From Octopus vulgaris (lineage: Eukaryota), in the NCBI GenBank assembly GCA_951406725.2, contig OX597823.1, forward strand, positions 92,752,001 to 92,816,000: a DNA stretch of 64,000 nt. The letters are read 5' to 3'. Position 1 is the first letter of the stretch. Every line of letters begins with the position of its first letter. Of the stretch, positions 1 to 13,265 are shown in pieces. A program made the position numbers and the translations under genes. The notes under the pieces are model-generated. The model was not told where the DNA came from, did not search any database, and was given only the letters and a program-made list of their open reading frames with translations.

Positions 1-139
1 TGTCTTTGATAAAGAATGGTCATATGCAAAGTGAAGAGAATCAGAAAATACGGTATCAACTATTTTCTACGGACAGCTAACGTTATGGAATTTTCAAAAT
101 CTGAGTGAAATAATGAAAAATACATCTATGCAGATCTAC

Positions 140-924
140 GGATCTTTTCTTTTTGAACGGTAGTTTGTAACATAATTTCTAGGTAACTAAAGAGTTTTAA
201 ACTTCGTATACTGGTAGAATGTGTTTATAAAACATCATTTTCTCTTGGTTTTATTGAGAAAATTCTATGGTTTGTAAGATATTTCGTCTGAAAATCAGAG
301 CATTTCGGCAATTTTAGCCAATCGATTACCTACGTTGAACTAAAATCATTTGCTGCGTCTAAAACTGAGACAACATCTTGTAACTAACCCTAAACCTCCC
401 CTAACCCTAACCCTAACCCTAATTTTTTTTTCTTACTTGTTAAATTAATTTAATTGTTACGCGTGTAAAAAAAACTAAAGCAATGGAAAATAATTTAAAC
501 AATTAACAAACAAAATAATTCTATAATTTTATACACACGCTATAAAATTATAGAATTATTTTGTTTGTTAATTGTTTAAATTATTTTCCATTGCTTTAGT
601 TTTTTTTACACGCGTAACAATTAAATTAATTTAACAATTAAGAAAAAAAAATAGGGTTAATGTTAAGGTTAGGGTTAGGGGCAGGTTTAGGGTTAGTTAA
701 AGGATGTTGTCTCAGTTTTAGACGCAGCAAATGATTTTAGCTCAAAAGAGAACATAGGACTGGTTAAAATTCGAAAAATTAAACTACGTTAAACAAACAA
801 ATTACAATTTTCTCAAGAAAGCCAAGAGAAAAAAATGTTTTATTTTGACACATTCTACCAGTATACGAAGTTTTAAAGTGTTTAGTTAACTAGAAATTGT
901 CTGCCGTTCAAAAGGAAAAGATCC
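140..924. mobile_element. Foldback/MITE-like DNA element, almost wholly palindromic, with 8-bp TSD and internal telomere-like repeats
   Basis: Ends GGATCTTTTC...GAAAAGATCC. AGATCTAC is duplicated at 132-139 and 925-932. The arms are complementary up to a loop near 534-540. (TAACCC)n at about 384-422 is mirrored by TTAGGG-like repeats at about 652-697. Confidence 0.9.
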
Positions 925-1351
925 AGATCTACAACACCTACCAGTAAAATTCCCTTGAAGTACAACATTTCTTGAAAATCATGAAACATAGGGCAATATT
1001 TTATTAGTTAAAAAAATAGTGCTACACATTCGGTCATTGGTCTCTACATAATCAGAGCTTACTTGAAGCTTCACAAATCCAGACAGGTCTTGCTACACGA
1101 ATGCGTTGACGGTGAGACTTGCAATATTGATTCAGTAAATAGTCATGTTTAGATATTAGGGAGAAAAAAAACCCCCTAAAACAGCAAATATTCCTCACGT
1201 TGACCCAAAAACCTATAATGTTACATAGAACAGAGATATTGATAAGTGATTATTATTATTTTGTAATAAAATATATAATAGTGATGCAGTAGAAACAGCA
1301 TTATGCTGAGAATGGAAACAATAACATCGATTCGATCCAATGTTGGCTAAC

Positions 1352-1462
1352 CTTATCCAGTATGACGGATCAGTCAGGTTCAACATTTTCTTTTATTCGC
1401 TTCCGTCATCCGACGCCGGCCATTCATTGATACCCTTGAAAATCGCGTTTGTTCTTTGTAGA
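1352..1462 (-). other. Candidate host exon (111 bp)
   Basis: Minus-strand acceptor aatatattttcag| and donor AAG|gttagc in non-repetitive DNA. All three frames contain a stop, so it would be a start exon (MLNLTDPSYWI...) or a last coding exon (...EANKRKC*). Confidence 0.45.
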
Positions 1463-1540
1463 CTGAAAATATATTATCCCCCCCATATTACTTGTATTTC
1501 ATTTAAAGAAATCAGTTATGGATAAAATTTGTCCATAATA

Positions 1541-1696
1541 GGCGTAGGGGTGGCTGTATGGTACGTAACCTGCTTACCAACCACCTGGTTCTGGGTTCAG
1601 TCCCACTGCGTGGCACCTTGGGCAAGTGTCTTCTACTATAGCCTCGGGCCGACCAAAGCCTTGTGAGTAGACGGAAATTGAAAGAATCCTGTCGTA

Positions 1697-1753
<57 letters not shown>

Positions 1754-2103
1754 TAAATTAGAGGTAAAACCACTATTAGGCAAATCAAACAGTGAAAAAC
1801 ATAAACCAAAACATAGAAAAAAATAATTCATATAATATACAAAATATATGAAATATATATAAATATATATATATGTGTGTATGTGTGTATGTATATGTAT
1901 GTGTGTGTATACTTTTGTGTCTGTGTTTGTTCCCCCGACATCGCTTAACAACCGATGCTGGTGTGTTTACGTCCCTGTAACTTAACGGTTTCTCATAATA
2001 GACCGATAGAATAAGTACTAGGTTTACAAAGAATAAGTCCTGGCTCCACTAAAGACGGTACTCCAGCATGTCCATAGTCAAATGACTGGAACAAATAAAA
2101 GAG
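1541..2103 (+). mobile_element. SINE family A (tRNA-derived head, CORE-like ccttgggcaagt, internal (TA)n)
   Basis: Head ggcgtaggggtggctg...ggttcagtccc and tail cagcatg..agtcaaatgactg. Matches the copies at 56812 and 62205. An unrelated insert lies in its TA tract. Confidence 0.85.
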
Positions 2104-2161
2104 AGTAATAGAGAATATTCATTGAGTTTACACTTTGTCTTTTTCACTCAACAAGTCTCGT

Positions 2162-2549
2162 AGTCGCAGGCGTGGCTGTCTGGTTAAAGGTCTGCATCCC
2201 AACCACATGGCATTTGGACAAATATCTGCTTCTATAGCCTCGTGCCGACCTAACTCTTGTGAGTGGATCTGGCAGATTGAAATTGATAGAAGCCCATCAT
2301 ATATATATATTTTTATATCTATATCTGTCTATATGTTGGTGAGCGTGTCTGTCTGTTTTTGTCCCACACCACCACTTGGCAACCGGTGTTGGTGTGTTTA
2401 CGACTCTGTGACTCAGTGATTCAGGAAAAAAGGGCAATAGAACATTACCTTGCCTTAAGAATAAGTCCTAGTGTCGATTCGTTCAACTAAAATTGTTCAA
2501 AGCTATGTACCATCCTAGCTGTAATTTGATGAGTGAAACAAATAAAAGA
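2162..2549 (+). mobile_element. SINE family A, degraded
   Basis: Diverged head, body and tail motifs of family A. Confidence 0.7.
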
Positions 2550-3921
2550 TGTTTCTGTATCGAATGTAGTTTGTTCCACATGAATGTTTCCCTCAGTGGT
2601 TCAGGTGGTGTTTTGCCAAGCTGCCCCGACAACCCTTTTTCTCTTGCATCATTGCTTGGGCTCGGTCAGGAGCAGAATGCATTCCATAAACAATGTCAGC
2701 GCAGATATATTAAGATCACCTGCAGGGACAGAAAGAAAGAATACCCCAAAATAGCAATAGAGAGAGACCTAGGAAAAGAGGGAGACTCAAAAAGATATGG
2801 TGTACCACCGTCAAAGAATATCAAAAGCAACTCATAATTACCTGGGATTAAGTGTAGGCGATTAAGCCCAAAGCTAGGATCAATCGAGACGTCTATCTGT
2901 CCGATGTTACGACTAGATGTACAAGAAGGAAGAAGGCTAAAGCAACAAATGCCATGTAGTTGTACCGCAGATAAATAAATTTATATAAAGAAAATATGTC
3001 CTGCATGTGAATAGGAAACAGTTTAGGATTGAAGCTGCATTCATAATTCTAGAATGTACTGGAGAGTTCTAAGCGGTCGACAACCTTACTGCTCTGACAT
3101 CGTATTTAATTTATAATGAAAATAGAAAGTTATTCTGATATCAATCGAAATTGGTAAATTACATAAAACTTATGTTATAGAAAATGGGTCGCGTGATGAA
3201 CAGACGTCGTTAAAATTTCTACGGTGAAAGCAGAAAAACAAAATTGAATAAAGAAAGGAATAAAATTCGGTTCCCTATCATACATAGTTTATCTAAATAT
3301 AACAAGAATAAAAATGATGGTATTGTATCGCATTTATTGTTTTGTTTAAACAACATAGTGTCATATAAATCATTTAACAAGGAGGAAAACAAAAATTGTG
3401 TAGTATTAATTCACAATACTTAGACCCCGTTGTTACTGCATGGATAACATAACTAAGTGTATACTTTTACTTCGCAAATAAAGCAGAAAGTTTTGTTGGT
3501 TTTTGCTTTGGTTTATTTTGTTTTCATGAAGTCGGGTTATAATCAATTCTATTTACCGTGGTTATCCTATTAGGAAATATTGTATAATCATTTAAATGTA
3601 AAGTAATAGAGCCAATCCTGAAGGGAGAAAGAGTAAACGGGATTAAACATAATCTGGTATTCTCAAAGAAATTTTTTCATGAACTACTTCAAAGTATAAA
3701 ATTAGATAACTTTATTAGGTGGAATACAAACTGACGATTAAAACACTCCAGTATTCTAGGTTGCCAAATAAATCTGTTCGGTTTTTGTTTTCTGTTTGGC
3801 ACTCCATTATCGTGTCTGAAATAATAAGAAACAAAAGGGGTCGACGAAGACTAGAACTAGAAACACCGATAAAACAACGAGAGAAATATTGTTCGTGTTA
3901 ATTCAAATGTCTTTCATCATT

Positions 3922-4305
3922 TGTTGTTTCATTCATTAGATTGCGAGAATGCTGGGGCACCACTTTATTATTTCTTTAAAGTCTGGTATTCTATTGGCTC
4001 TCTTTTGCCAAGCTGCTAAGTTACGGAGACATAAACACACCGATACCAGTTCTCAAGTGGTTGTGCCAGGCGGTGGTAGGGAACAAAAACAGGCACAAAG
4101 ATACGCATTGACATATGTATATGTATGTGTATGTGTATGTATATGTTCAATGCTCGAAATGAGGACTAGATAGACAGCCGACAACTGATGAAGTGTCGTT
4201 CTTTATGTTGCTTGTCCTGTTTTCCATTTGTTTCTCTAGTTTGCGTATTCAAATTTGTTTTCGTATTTCCTGTTGTTTACTGTTGGTGACGTCCTGTACC
4301 ATATA

Positions 4306-4374
<69 letters not shown>

Positions 4375-4624
4375 ATGTGCGCGTGTGCGCGTGTGTGTGT
4401 ATGCATATATATATATATATATATATTATTTATATTATATATATATTTATGTATGTGTGTGTGTGTATACAAAACGATCTTCTTTCAGTCTATCAACTTC
4501 ACTTACTAGGCTTCAGTCGGCCCAACTCTATAATAAAAGAGTCCTTATCCAACGTGGCACGCAGCGGGGCAGAACGCACAACGATGTGTTTGTGATGCAA
4601 GCCTATTACCACAGGGTCACGCCC
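3922..4624 (-). mobile_element. SINE family A, degraded, interrupted by a PLE-like fragment (about 4145-4300)
   Basis: 3' half at about 3922-4140 and 5' half at about 4470-4624. The insert gacagccgacaactgatgaag...gtcctgtac resembles the 47.4/48.3 kb family. Confidence 0.7.
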
Positions 4625-4894
4625 AAATAATATTGCAATAAAAGAAGAAAAAAACGAACGAATTTAACGAATAACAGAAATTATTCGCGATTGATTTTTT
4701 CACCTCCCAGGATGAAATGCAAATGTTCCCCTCTCATTCTGGACTCAATACAAGCACAGCTGGTGATACAGTATGGTGCAAAAGTGTTACAACATTAGTA
4801 TCATTTAGTAAGCAACGCATTGTGCCTTCGTTATTAGTATATTGCGCTGACAAAATGTTATACATGCGCAGAAAACTTTGATAAGTTATTTATG

Positions 4895-5122
4895 ATGCTA
4901 ATGTGAATGTGACGCGTTGGTACTCCAGTGAGACACTTAATTTCACGTTGCTCCCGTCTACTCAGCTGGCAAAAATGAGTAGTGCAGATATTTCAAAGGG
5001 GCCAGCCTTGTCACACTCTGTGTCCCGCTGAATCTCCCTGAGAACTACGTTGAAGGTAAACGAGCAGGCTGTTCTGTTGATCGTATCAGCTGGGACACTC
5101 GTCGTCGTAACTGACGGAGTGC
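4895..5122 (+). mobile_element. SINE family C variant (Nin/Deu-like core plus shared tail)
   Basis: Core gtctactcagctggcaaaaatgagta. Tail ccagccttgtcacactctgtg...cgtcgtcgtaactgacgg matches the reverse complement of about 13270-13440. Confidence 0.7.
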
Positions 5123-5455
5123 TCCTTTTATTATGCTAATACTGTTGCGCCCATCCTTAATTTCATTTAAATTCCGCTCCCATCCTCTGCCATTCGTGTT
5201 CCACTCCATCCATTTCCATATTTTATTAGATACAGACATAAAAATCTGCATTGTATTGGTAAGCGGCCACAACTGGATAAATAGCCAGTATCAGTCGTGA
5301 CTTTCAGAGACATTTTCGTTGAAGTTCGGTTAAAATATTCATTGGTTGAAAAAAAAAATTAAAATGTCATATTTAGAGAAAATATGGAACAACAACCGTC
5401 AATATTATTTATTTATATTTAAGCATATACATATATACATATAAATACAAACACA

Positions 5456-5535
<80 letters not shown>

Positions 5536-6115
5536 GGTGCTCCAGTCAAATGACTGAAACAAGTAAAAGAATAAAAGAATATGCATATATATATGTATAT
5601 TTATTTTGTTAGATGTGCGTGAGTACATATCAAGTTATCCTCGTTACTTGTCCATACATCTCGCTATCTGTGAGTATATTTGTGTATATGCGGTTCTGTC
5701 CGCTCACACACATACGCACGCGTGTGCGCACACATAAATACTCACGCGCACACATATCCACACTTATGTATACAAGTAAATGTGTGTGCGCGCATGTCTG
5801 TCTTTGTACGCATACACTGCGCGTTCTTTGCATGTGGCGTGATAATTAATAACATTTCATATTAGACAATTTCACTAAGAATATGAATACTTTGACATGC
5901 ATATATTTACACCAATGAATATGTGCATACATTCCTGGAGCTCATGTAGATGTACATGGATATAAACACACACACACACATATATATATACATGAGATAG
6001 CTACATATGGATATATCTATAAGTATATATATATACACATCTATAGACACACACAGACACACACATATATATTCACTCACATACACACACATACACACAA
6101 ACTCACATATACACA

Positions 6116-6175
<60 letters not shown>

Positions 6176-6869
6176 AGTGTGTGCTCAATGCCGGCTTAAT
6201 AATATATTATTTTACGTTATTTTACATGATTCGTAACGATTGTTAAAATTAATTACAATAGAATGGCATGTCTTTGACCAATCAGCCGTCACCGCCTTCC
6301 TGAACTGCAGGGTAACAATGATTGTCGGTGAAACGATGACATTTGGAAACGCAATGACTGCATTGCCACCACCACTTCACTGCAAGTCATCTCCTTCGCC
6401 ATTTCTTTAAAATATGCAAAGATCAACAACTCTTTCTTTCACTCGATCTCCTTACTTCCGTCACTGTTGGAATTTTCCGCTTGTTGCATTTTTCGGAAGA
6501 GATCATGCATGCCATTCTTTAATGTGAACACTGTTCTATAACTTGCAGACTCTTTTAAAAGAATATTACAATCCTGGTTTAGAAAAGTTGGTGGCCTTTT
6601 CAAACGCGTTTTTCTTTTTTTGCTTGTTTACAACGCGATCACAATTCGTAGCACATTTCTCTTTTGTTTCCGATATTGTTGTCATTAAGATTGATATTAA
6701 AATATGTAGACCCACGCTATCAAGTGGTTATGTATTCTGTCAACAGAATCACATGACGGTTTATACTTAGGATGTTCTTGTTTACTCTTTGCAGAGCTCA
6801 TGCTGACAAGATATATAATTTAAACACAATATTATTTACAGCATGCTGCATCCATTAATCATGGTAGTA

Positions 6870-7082
6870 TTTAGACTGCAGCCATGCTGGGGCACCTCCT
6901 CGGACTACCTTTAGTCGAATAAATCGACCCCACTTCATCTGTGTCGCTTTCTATTTAAACCTACAGTTTTTTGTTGTTGTTGTTTTTTCTTACCAAACTG
7001 CTAATTACGAGGCCGTAAACATACGATGACCGTTTGCAAAGCGGCGATTGCGAATAAACAGAGAGTTACACACAGACACATA

Positions 7083-7133
<51 letters not shown>

Positions 7134-7278
7134 GTATGTATGTATATGTATATATATATATTCATATATATTGTGGTGTCCTGTACTCACGTATAATTAT
7201 TTATATATGCATGTATATATACATGTAGATATAGGTACGTACATATATGTTTGTATGTATGCATATATTTTTATTTAT

Positions 7279-7314
<36 letters not shown>

Positions 7315-7797
7315 CTTATATGTAGAGACGCAATGCTCCAGTGATTAGGGCAGAGGACTCGCGGTCGTAGGATCGCGGTTCCGATTTCCAGACCGGGCAT
7401 TGTGAGTGTTTATTGAGCGAAAACGCCTAAAGCTCCACGAGGCACCGGCAAGGGGGAGGTGATCCCCGCTATACTCTTTCGCCGCAATACTCTCTCACTC
7501 ATTCTTCTGTTGGTCTGCTCGCTTAGCCAGTGGGTGGTATCATTTGAAGGCTAAAACAATGCGAAGCGCATTGTGACCAGCGATATGTAGCAACATCTGA
7601 CAGCCTGGTTGGTGATCACGTGATATACATATATACAACGGGCTTCTTTCGTTTACCGATTACCATATCCACTCACAAGGCTTTGGTCGGCCTGAAGCTA
7701 TAGTAGAAGACACTTTCTTCAGGTACCGCCCAAAGGGACTGAATCTGGAACATGAGGTTGAGAAGCAAGATTTATACCACATAGTCACGTGTGCACC
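6870..7797 (-). mobile_element. SINE family A split by nested insertions
   Basis: 3' half at about 6870-7090 and 5' half at about 7636-7797. A PLE-like fragment (about 7170-7280) and a SINE C copy lie between them. Confidence 0.7.
7326..7622 (+). mobile_element. SINE family C (tRNA-derived head)
   Basis: A-box-like ccagtgattag and B-box-like ggttccgatttc. Body gagtgtttattgagcgaaaac..ctaaagctccacgagg is shared with the copy at 13266-13641. Confidence 0.8.
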
Positions 7798-8019
7798 TAT
7801 CAGGTAATGGCTGAGAAGGTTTTGTCAATTGCTACTTTTAAATAATCCGATGCCATCCGTTCCTCTCCTGGTGCTTCGTAAGTTGCTCTTAGGTTTCCAT
7901 ATCATGCTCTCACAAACCCCAGGATATTTCTGTCTCCACTCAAAGGGATGGTTACTCGTTTCCATGTCACATAAGTGGCAAAGCTCAACAAGCACTCCCC
8001 TCATCCGAAAAGAACGCTA

Positions 8020-8176
8020 GTACGTCGCAGTGTTGGTCACTTACAAATGAGTTAACTGGGGCAGCATAAAAAGAAGTGTTTCGTTGAAGAACTTAACGCA
8101 CCGGCCGGTCCGGGAATGGAAACCTCTATTTTGTAATCGTGATTGCAACACCCTAAACACAAGGGCACGCGCCTTC
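8020..8176 (-). mobile_element. Degraded tRNA-derived SINE head/core
   Basis: Reverse complement shows ggcgcgtgcccttgtgtttagggtgttgc...ggtttccattcccggaccgg. Confidence 0.55.
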
Positions 8177-9514
8177 ACAATTCCAGAAATTTCAACATAT
8201 ATTCAAAAATATTCCCAGAAATCCTCTGTCAACAAGGCACAATTATTCTACACACCACTTCTCAAATAAAATATCTACGGATGTAGAATGTCTGCTAATG
8301 AAGGCGTAGTATCTTTTGACTGTTCGTTTCGTCACGCATCTACACACAGAGACGCACACACATACGCACACATACACACGCACACACACACGCGTACTCG
8401 GACAGATACATACACACCCACAGATACAAATACAGATACAAACACGCACACACGCACATCACACGCACACACATACTAACGAATACACACAAGAGCGCAC
8501 GTGGCATACAAAAATAATCGCCACGTTCTTTTCTCTACTAAATATATGGTTGTGAGTGGAGTCGCCATATGTGACCTTCTTTGGGTAATCAGACAGAACA
8601 CCGTAATAATTCCTGCTTCAATAACCCGGAGTAAAATTTTTGTTTCATTACTTATTCGAATTATAATTAACTTGGAAGCTAATCTGATATTTTTCGGATT
8701 CACTTGATTGAAATAAACTTTTTAATTTAAATTACAGTTAAAGAATGTAACATTCTATGTTCCTTTTTGCGATATTTTCTTTTAACGGAGGAAGTTTTTA
8801 CATAAAAGATAGTATTTGAAATCAGGGTGATTGAGTACTCTGCATTAGTTATCGACTCTCTTATTGACATATCGACAGAATCGATCAATGTTCTTTATCC
8901 TTGAGATACAAGATACGCGTAACATTATATCGTGATGCAGTGGAACGATTTAGACAATTCAGAGAATTGCCTTCAGCAAAGGAATGTAAACGTTTGTGTG
9001 TGTGTGTGTGTGTGATCTTTTTTCTTCTTCTTGTGTATTTTTGCTTTAGCAATCAAATACTTGATCAATTCAAACAGATTGGAAATGATGCCACTGAATA
9101 AGCTATAAAACGTTGAAGAAAACGATTCCACGAGGAAATAGCAAAAGATAAACGAATGATTGATGCCCGGAAGAACTTTACAGTTGAATCCCACTAAGTG
9201 CCGCTATATTCTGTAATAAATAACACAATTAATAGATTTGACCTGCTTGGTTTGAAACAGTTGATACCTCATACAGTGTTGTTTTGTTATCTTCCTACTG
9301 TGGCAGATGAATTATCTCGATTGTATTTTATCAACTGGCAAGATCTGTCTATGACTTATGTGATCTCAAATCAATAGGCAAACACAGAACTGATCTGAAC
9401 AAATTAGATGATATTGTAGAGAGAAATCTTGCGGAATCGAATTTATTCAAAGACAGGCGTCACAGCGGATCCTTAAGAATTGATAAAAATAATAGTTATA
9501 ATGTGTACAAATTT

Positions 9515-9703
9515 TGGCACAAATCCAGCAATTTCGGGAGAGGGGCCACGTCGTCAGTTATCAACTGATACTTATATCGAACACGAAAAGATAAAAATGG
9601 TAAAATCGGTCTTGACAGAATTTGAAATCAGAACGTTAAGACGGACGAAATGACGCTAAGCATTTTGCCTTGTGTGGTAAAGATTCCGCCAGCTCACCAC
9701 CTT
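9515..9703 (-). mobile_element. SINE family B, degraded
   Basis: Reverse complement of ggcggcgagctggcagaa...gttctgagttcaaatt. Confidence 0.7.

Positions 9704-9775
<72 letters not shown>
9704..9775. repeat. (AAC)n(AAT)n microsatellite
   Basis: Direct reading. It abuts the 3' end of the Tx1-like LINE. Confidence 0.95.
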
Positions 9776-11140
9776 TTATTCTTTTTATTGGCCACAAGGG
9801 CTGACACACATGATTAGAAAACATAAAGGGACAAAACAGGACGAAAGGTTACAAAGGGTTTTGTTCGTTTGTGAAAAAATCGTGTAAAAACAGTGTAACA
9901 ATCAAATAATATAACAACGAAAAACTCCCAATAGGGGGAGGCGTTATGAAAGGTTCCTGGTGGAAAAAAACCATAAAAGCCAAAGAGAGCCTAGTCAAAA
10001 GGGGGATAGAGAGCCCCTTTCTCCTTTTATAAAACCTTTTTCAATCATAGGCGAAACCTGAGAATTGGTCCATTTATACTGGCCATTCTCGCGCAATTCA
10101 CCCACCTTTCAGAAAACTTGCTATCGGACAGCACTCTCCTCTCTAACCTCATCTTCCTTTTCAAGTGAAACTTGAAAAAGTTGATGAGGCCTTGACCAAA
10201 GAGGAAAGTGTCTGACTTTAGCCCTTTCAAACGAGTCCACCATACAACCTCTTTCGCCACAGCCACTAGGCACAGGAAAACAGCCTCACCCTGCTTGTTG
10301 AAGGAGGTCGGCGGGGCAATCCTCACTATGGATTCGGCCGATAGCCGGATCCGTCCTACACGTGACAATAGCTGTTCGACATAAACCCATAGTTCAGCAA
10401 TACTCAGGCACTGAACGAGTGCGTGCAGAACGGTTTCGTCGTCCTGGCAACACCTCGGGCAGGCTCGGCTGACGGCACATCCGTGCCGGTAGAGTTTATC
10501 CCGAACAGACAGAGCCCCTCGGTAGCACTGCCAGGCAAGCGACCTCTGGAAATTGTCCATCGGCCCCGGCCCGAAAGTCTTCCCGAACAGACCGCTCAGT
10601 TCGTTATCGTCAACGCCTAGAGTTTCCCCGAGAACTTCGTCGCATTTTTCCTCCACTAACTCTCTATAGAACGCTAGAGTGGAGCTGAAACCGATCGCAT
10701 TGCCCGCCTGGCGGAGGGCAGAGAGAGCTTGACGGCACTCGAGGTGCCAAGCACCGTTTCTCGGTCTGCGTTTGATCCAGGTCTGCAGCTCTGTCAAAGA
10801 GACGAGCTGTGGAAAGTCGCGTCTTACAAAAGACGACCACACCTGATCACCGTCTAGGAAACGCTTGAGATGTCGCAGCGTGAGCGCAGGTCTGCGCATC
10901 AGTAACCACAGCATGCCAAGGCCTCCGTTCAGCGGTCTTTGACAGCAGATTGATCGCCTGACCAGTGGCACCTGACCCTTCCACAGAAAGTCGAAGAGCA
11001 GGCGTACCAGCTTGGCCAACCAGCGGTTGGGACAAGGGACGACAGTCAAGCGGTAATAGATGACGGATGCGATGTATGCATTCGCCACCTCCGCTCGACC
11101 TTTCAGGAACAGCTTTCTCTCGGCCCATTTCTGGGTGAGG
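9776..11140 (-). mobile_element. 5'-truncated Tx1/L1-clade non-LTR retrotransposon
   Basis: GC-richer segment with the C-terminus of ORF2, then a 3' UTR ending ccaataaaaagaa plus (ATT)n on the minus strand. Confidence 0.85.
10045..11088 (-). CDS. LINE ORF2 C-terminal fragment (post-RT region and zf-RVT-type zinc finger)
   Basis: 347-aa open frame with FLWKG...RPLNGGLG and CPRC....ETVLHALVQC, typical of L1/Tx1 ORF2. It has no native start. Confidence 0.85.
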   Translation of the reverse strand: MANAYIASVIYYRLTVVPCPNRWLAKLVRLLFDFLWKGQVPLVRRSICCQRPLNGGLGMLWLLMRRPALTLRHLKRFLDGDQVWSSFVRRDFPQLVSLTELQTWIKRRPRNGAWHLECRQALSALRQAGNAIGFSSTLAFYRELVEEKCDEVLGETLGVDDNELSGLFGKTFGPGPMDNFQRSLAWQCYRGALSVRDKLYRHGCAVSRACPRCCQDDETVLHALVQCLSIAELWVYVEQLLSRVGRIRLSAESIVRIAPPTSFNKQGEAVFLCLVAVAKEVVWWTRLKGLKSDTFLFGQGLINFFKFHLKRKMRLERRVLSDSKFSERWVNCARMASINGPILRFRL

Positions 11141-11651
11141 CAATGACTCTCATGGCTTCTGATCTTAACTGATTGGAAGTGTTATCATGTACATTGTTTT
11201 GTCTTGTTATAAAAGATGGGCTACAGCAAATATTCTGCTCAATACCACAGATTTGCTTATCAGTTGTTTGACCTTAACCAGCTGAACATGTCCCTTAGTG
11301 GCTGATGATATGTGCATCTCTGATCACAAGCAGACGTAGTTGGGGAGCATTATAGCCATGTGTTGAGAGGAATTCTTTGGGGTTTGAATAATTCACCTCT
11401 GGAAACATGGGTGTTTCGTTCAACATTATTCAGGGACCTTTTGAGCGGGATGGGCTACTCGACCAGAAGAAAATTATGACCTGCAAGGTCATGTGCTGTT
11501 TATCTTGATATGAGATCACCATGTCGCGCACATATGGTTGTGATGCATGTGCCTGGTGTACCCTTATCAGACGGGGAGTCATGATGGGTATACTGGGCTT
11601 CGTATATTTTACCCCAGTGTCACTTTAATGGCATGCACTGCTCTCTCACTC

Positions 11652-11705
<54 letters not shown>
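11141..11705 (+). mobile_element. 3' end of an abundant retroposon ending in (AAT)n
   Basis: ...gcatgcactgctctctcactc(aat)n. A close reverse copy lies at 63805-64000 and a diverged one at about 15820-16010. Confidence 0.75.
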
Positions 11706-11707
<2 letters not shown>

Positions 11708-12125
11708 TGATGATGATACTGAGTCTACAGTTACTGATTTTCTTGTTGATGAAAATGTAATCAAGAACGACGTATTTAAGAATAATATGGACGATAATGA
11801 TGTCAAATATAACAAAGAAGATGAAGACAACCATGATGATGATGGTTATGATAGTGAGATGATGATCATTATGATGCCATGGGAAAGATGCTGATTTTGG
11901 TGGTGATGGTGGTGGTTTTATGATGATGAAAGTGATGATAATGAGGACAATGATGCTAATGATATGATGATTGTGATGGAGATGATGATGATTATAATGA
12001 TATGAATTTTAGGAGTGGGAATGATGGACGTGGTGGTATTGGTGGTGGTGGTATTGGTGGTGGTGGTGAGATCACGACTACAACAATGATGATGGGGAAG
12101 ATGATGATGATCAGGAGGATGAAAA
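11706..12125. repeat. Degenerate (GAT)/(GGT) trinucleotide low-complexity tract
   Basis: Direct reading. Confidence 0.85.
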
Positions 12126-13265
12126 GTAGGAGGAGAAGGAAGCTGGTATAAATATTTTTGATACTGTGTTGCATATGACGAGAATAAAAATTAGTAGAAA
12201 AAAAAAAGCAAAATGATAGAAATATGAAACAAGACATGTCAAGAAAAATACAGCGAAAGAAAAAGATAAGAAAAGAAATAAACTTTCTTCCGCCAAAATA
12301 TTTTTACCATAAATTTATCAATAACAGCCACACCGAAGAAATGATTGCTAAAATGGTGAAAAAAAAAAAAGAATAATAATGAAACTAATATTTATAGCAT
12401 GGCTGTATTCTTCACAAATTCGATGTCGATGATTGTCTAACTATTTTACTTCTCACCACTTTAACACGGATGTATATGATACGTTCATTGTTTTTTGCAC
12501 TTCAGAAAGCATCAACATATACATTGATAAAGAATTTAATCGTTGCAAAATACGTTAGTCGTTTATTTTTTACATGACTTGTAAAATCTGCGTCTAAAGC
12601 CTGCAAACGTCAACTTGTTCCTCAGACGCGGGCTATTTATATTCAACGTTAATAAAAATAAAATATTGAGATCGAGGTGAAACTAGCTGACTGATGACAA
12701 AAGATCGATTTGTTAAAAGATTTTTCATTCTTTTAACCTGCTTATCAAACCTATTGACCTCGATCTTAAAAGCTAAAAGAGGTTAGACATTCGTCAGCGC
12801 CGATTTTCTGCCATAATTAGATTAAGCTTTCACTAAAAGACTTTTTTTTTTTCAATATTTTTGTAAAATAATTTTCAACGAAATTAATTCTTAAGAGAAA
12901 GCAAAATATATTGAGGAAGAAAAAATTTTAAACGATGTGTCTTTTTCAATAATTTTCCATATTTCTTTCTTAGTATTTCTTCACTGATAAAGAGTTGTGA
13001 AATATTTTATTAGCAAGATCACCGAATAAGATGTTACGCGGTATTTTATTTACGATTCTAAACGTTCTACGTTCAAATTCCGCCGTAGGCACATATACCT
13101 TCCGTTCAACGGTGGAAAATAAAATAAGCACTCTTTAAAATTTGGGATTCGATAGAGTCGATATTCTCTCCAGCGATTTATCTACTCCTGAAATAAATCA
13201 TTATTTACGCTATCACACAATTGCATTTCCTTCTGTTTGTTTGTTTTGTTTTGTTTTCTTAAATC

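Noticed and set aside
384-697. Telomere or telomere-fusion site
   Set aside because: Only a few degenerate repeats, inside a TSD-flanked palindromic transposon.
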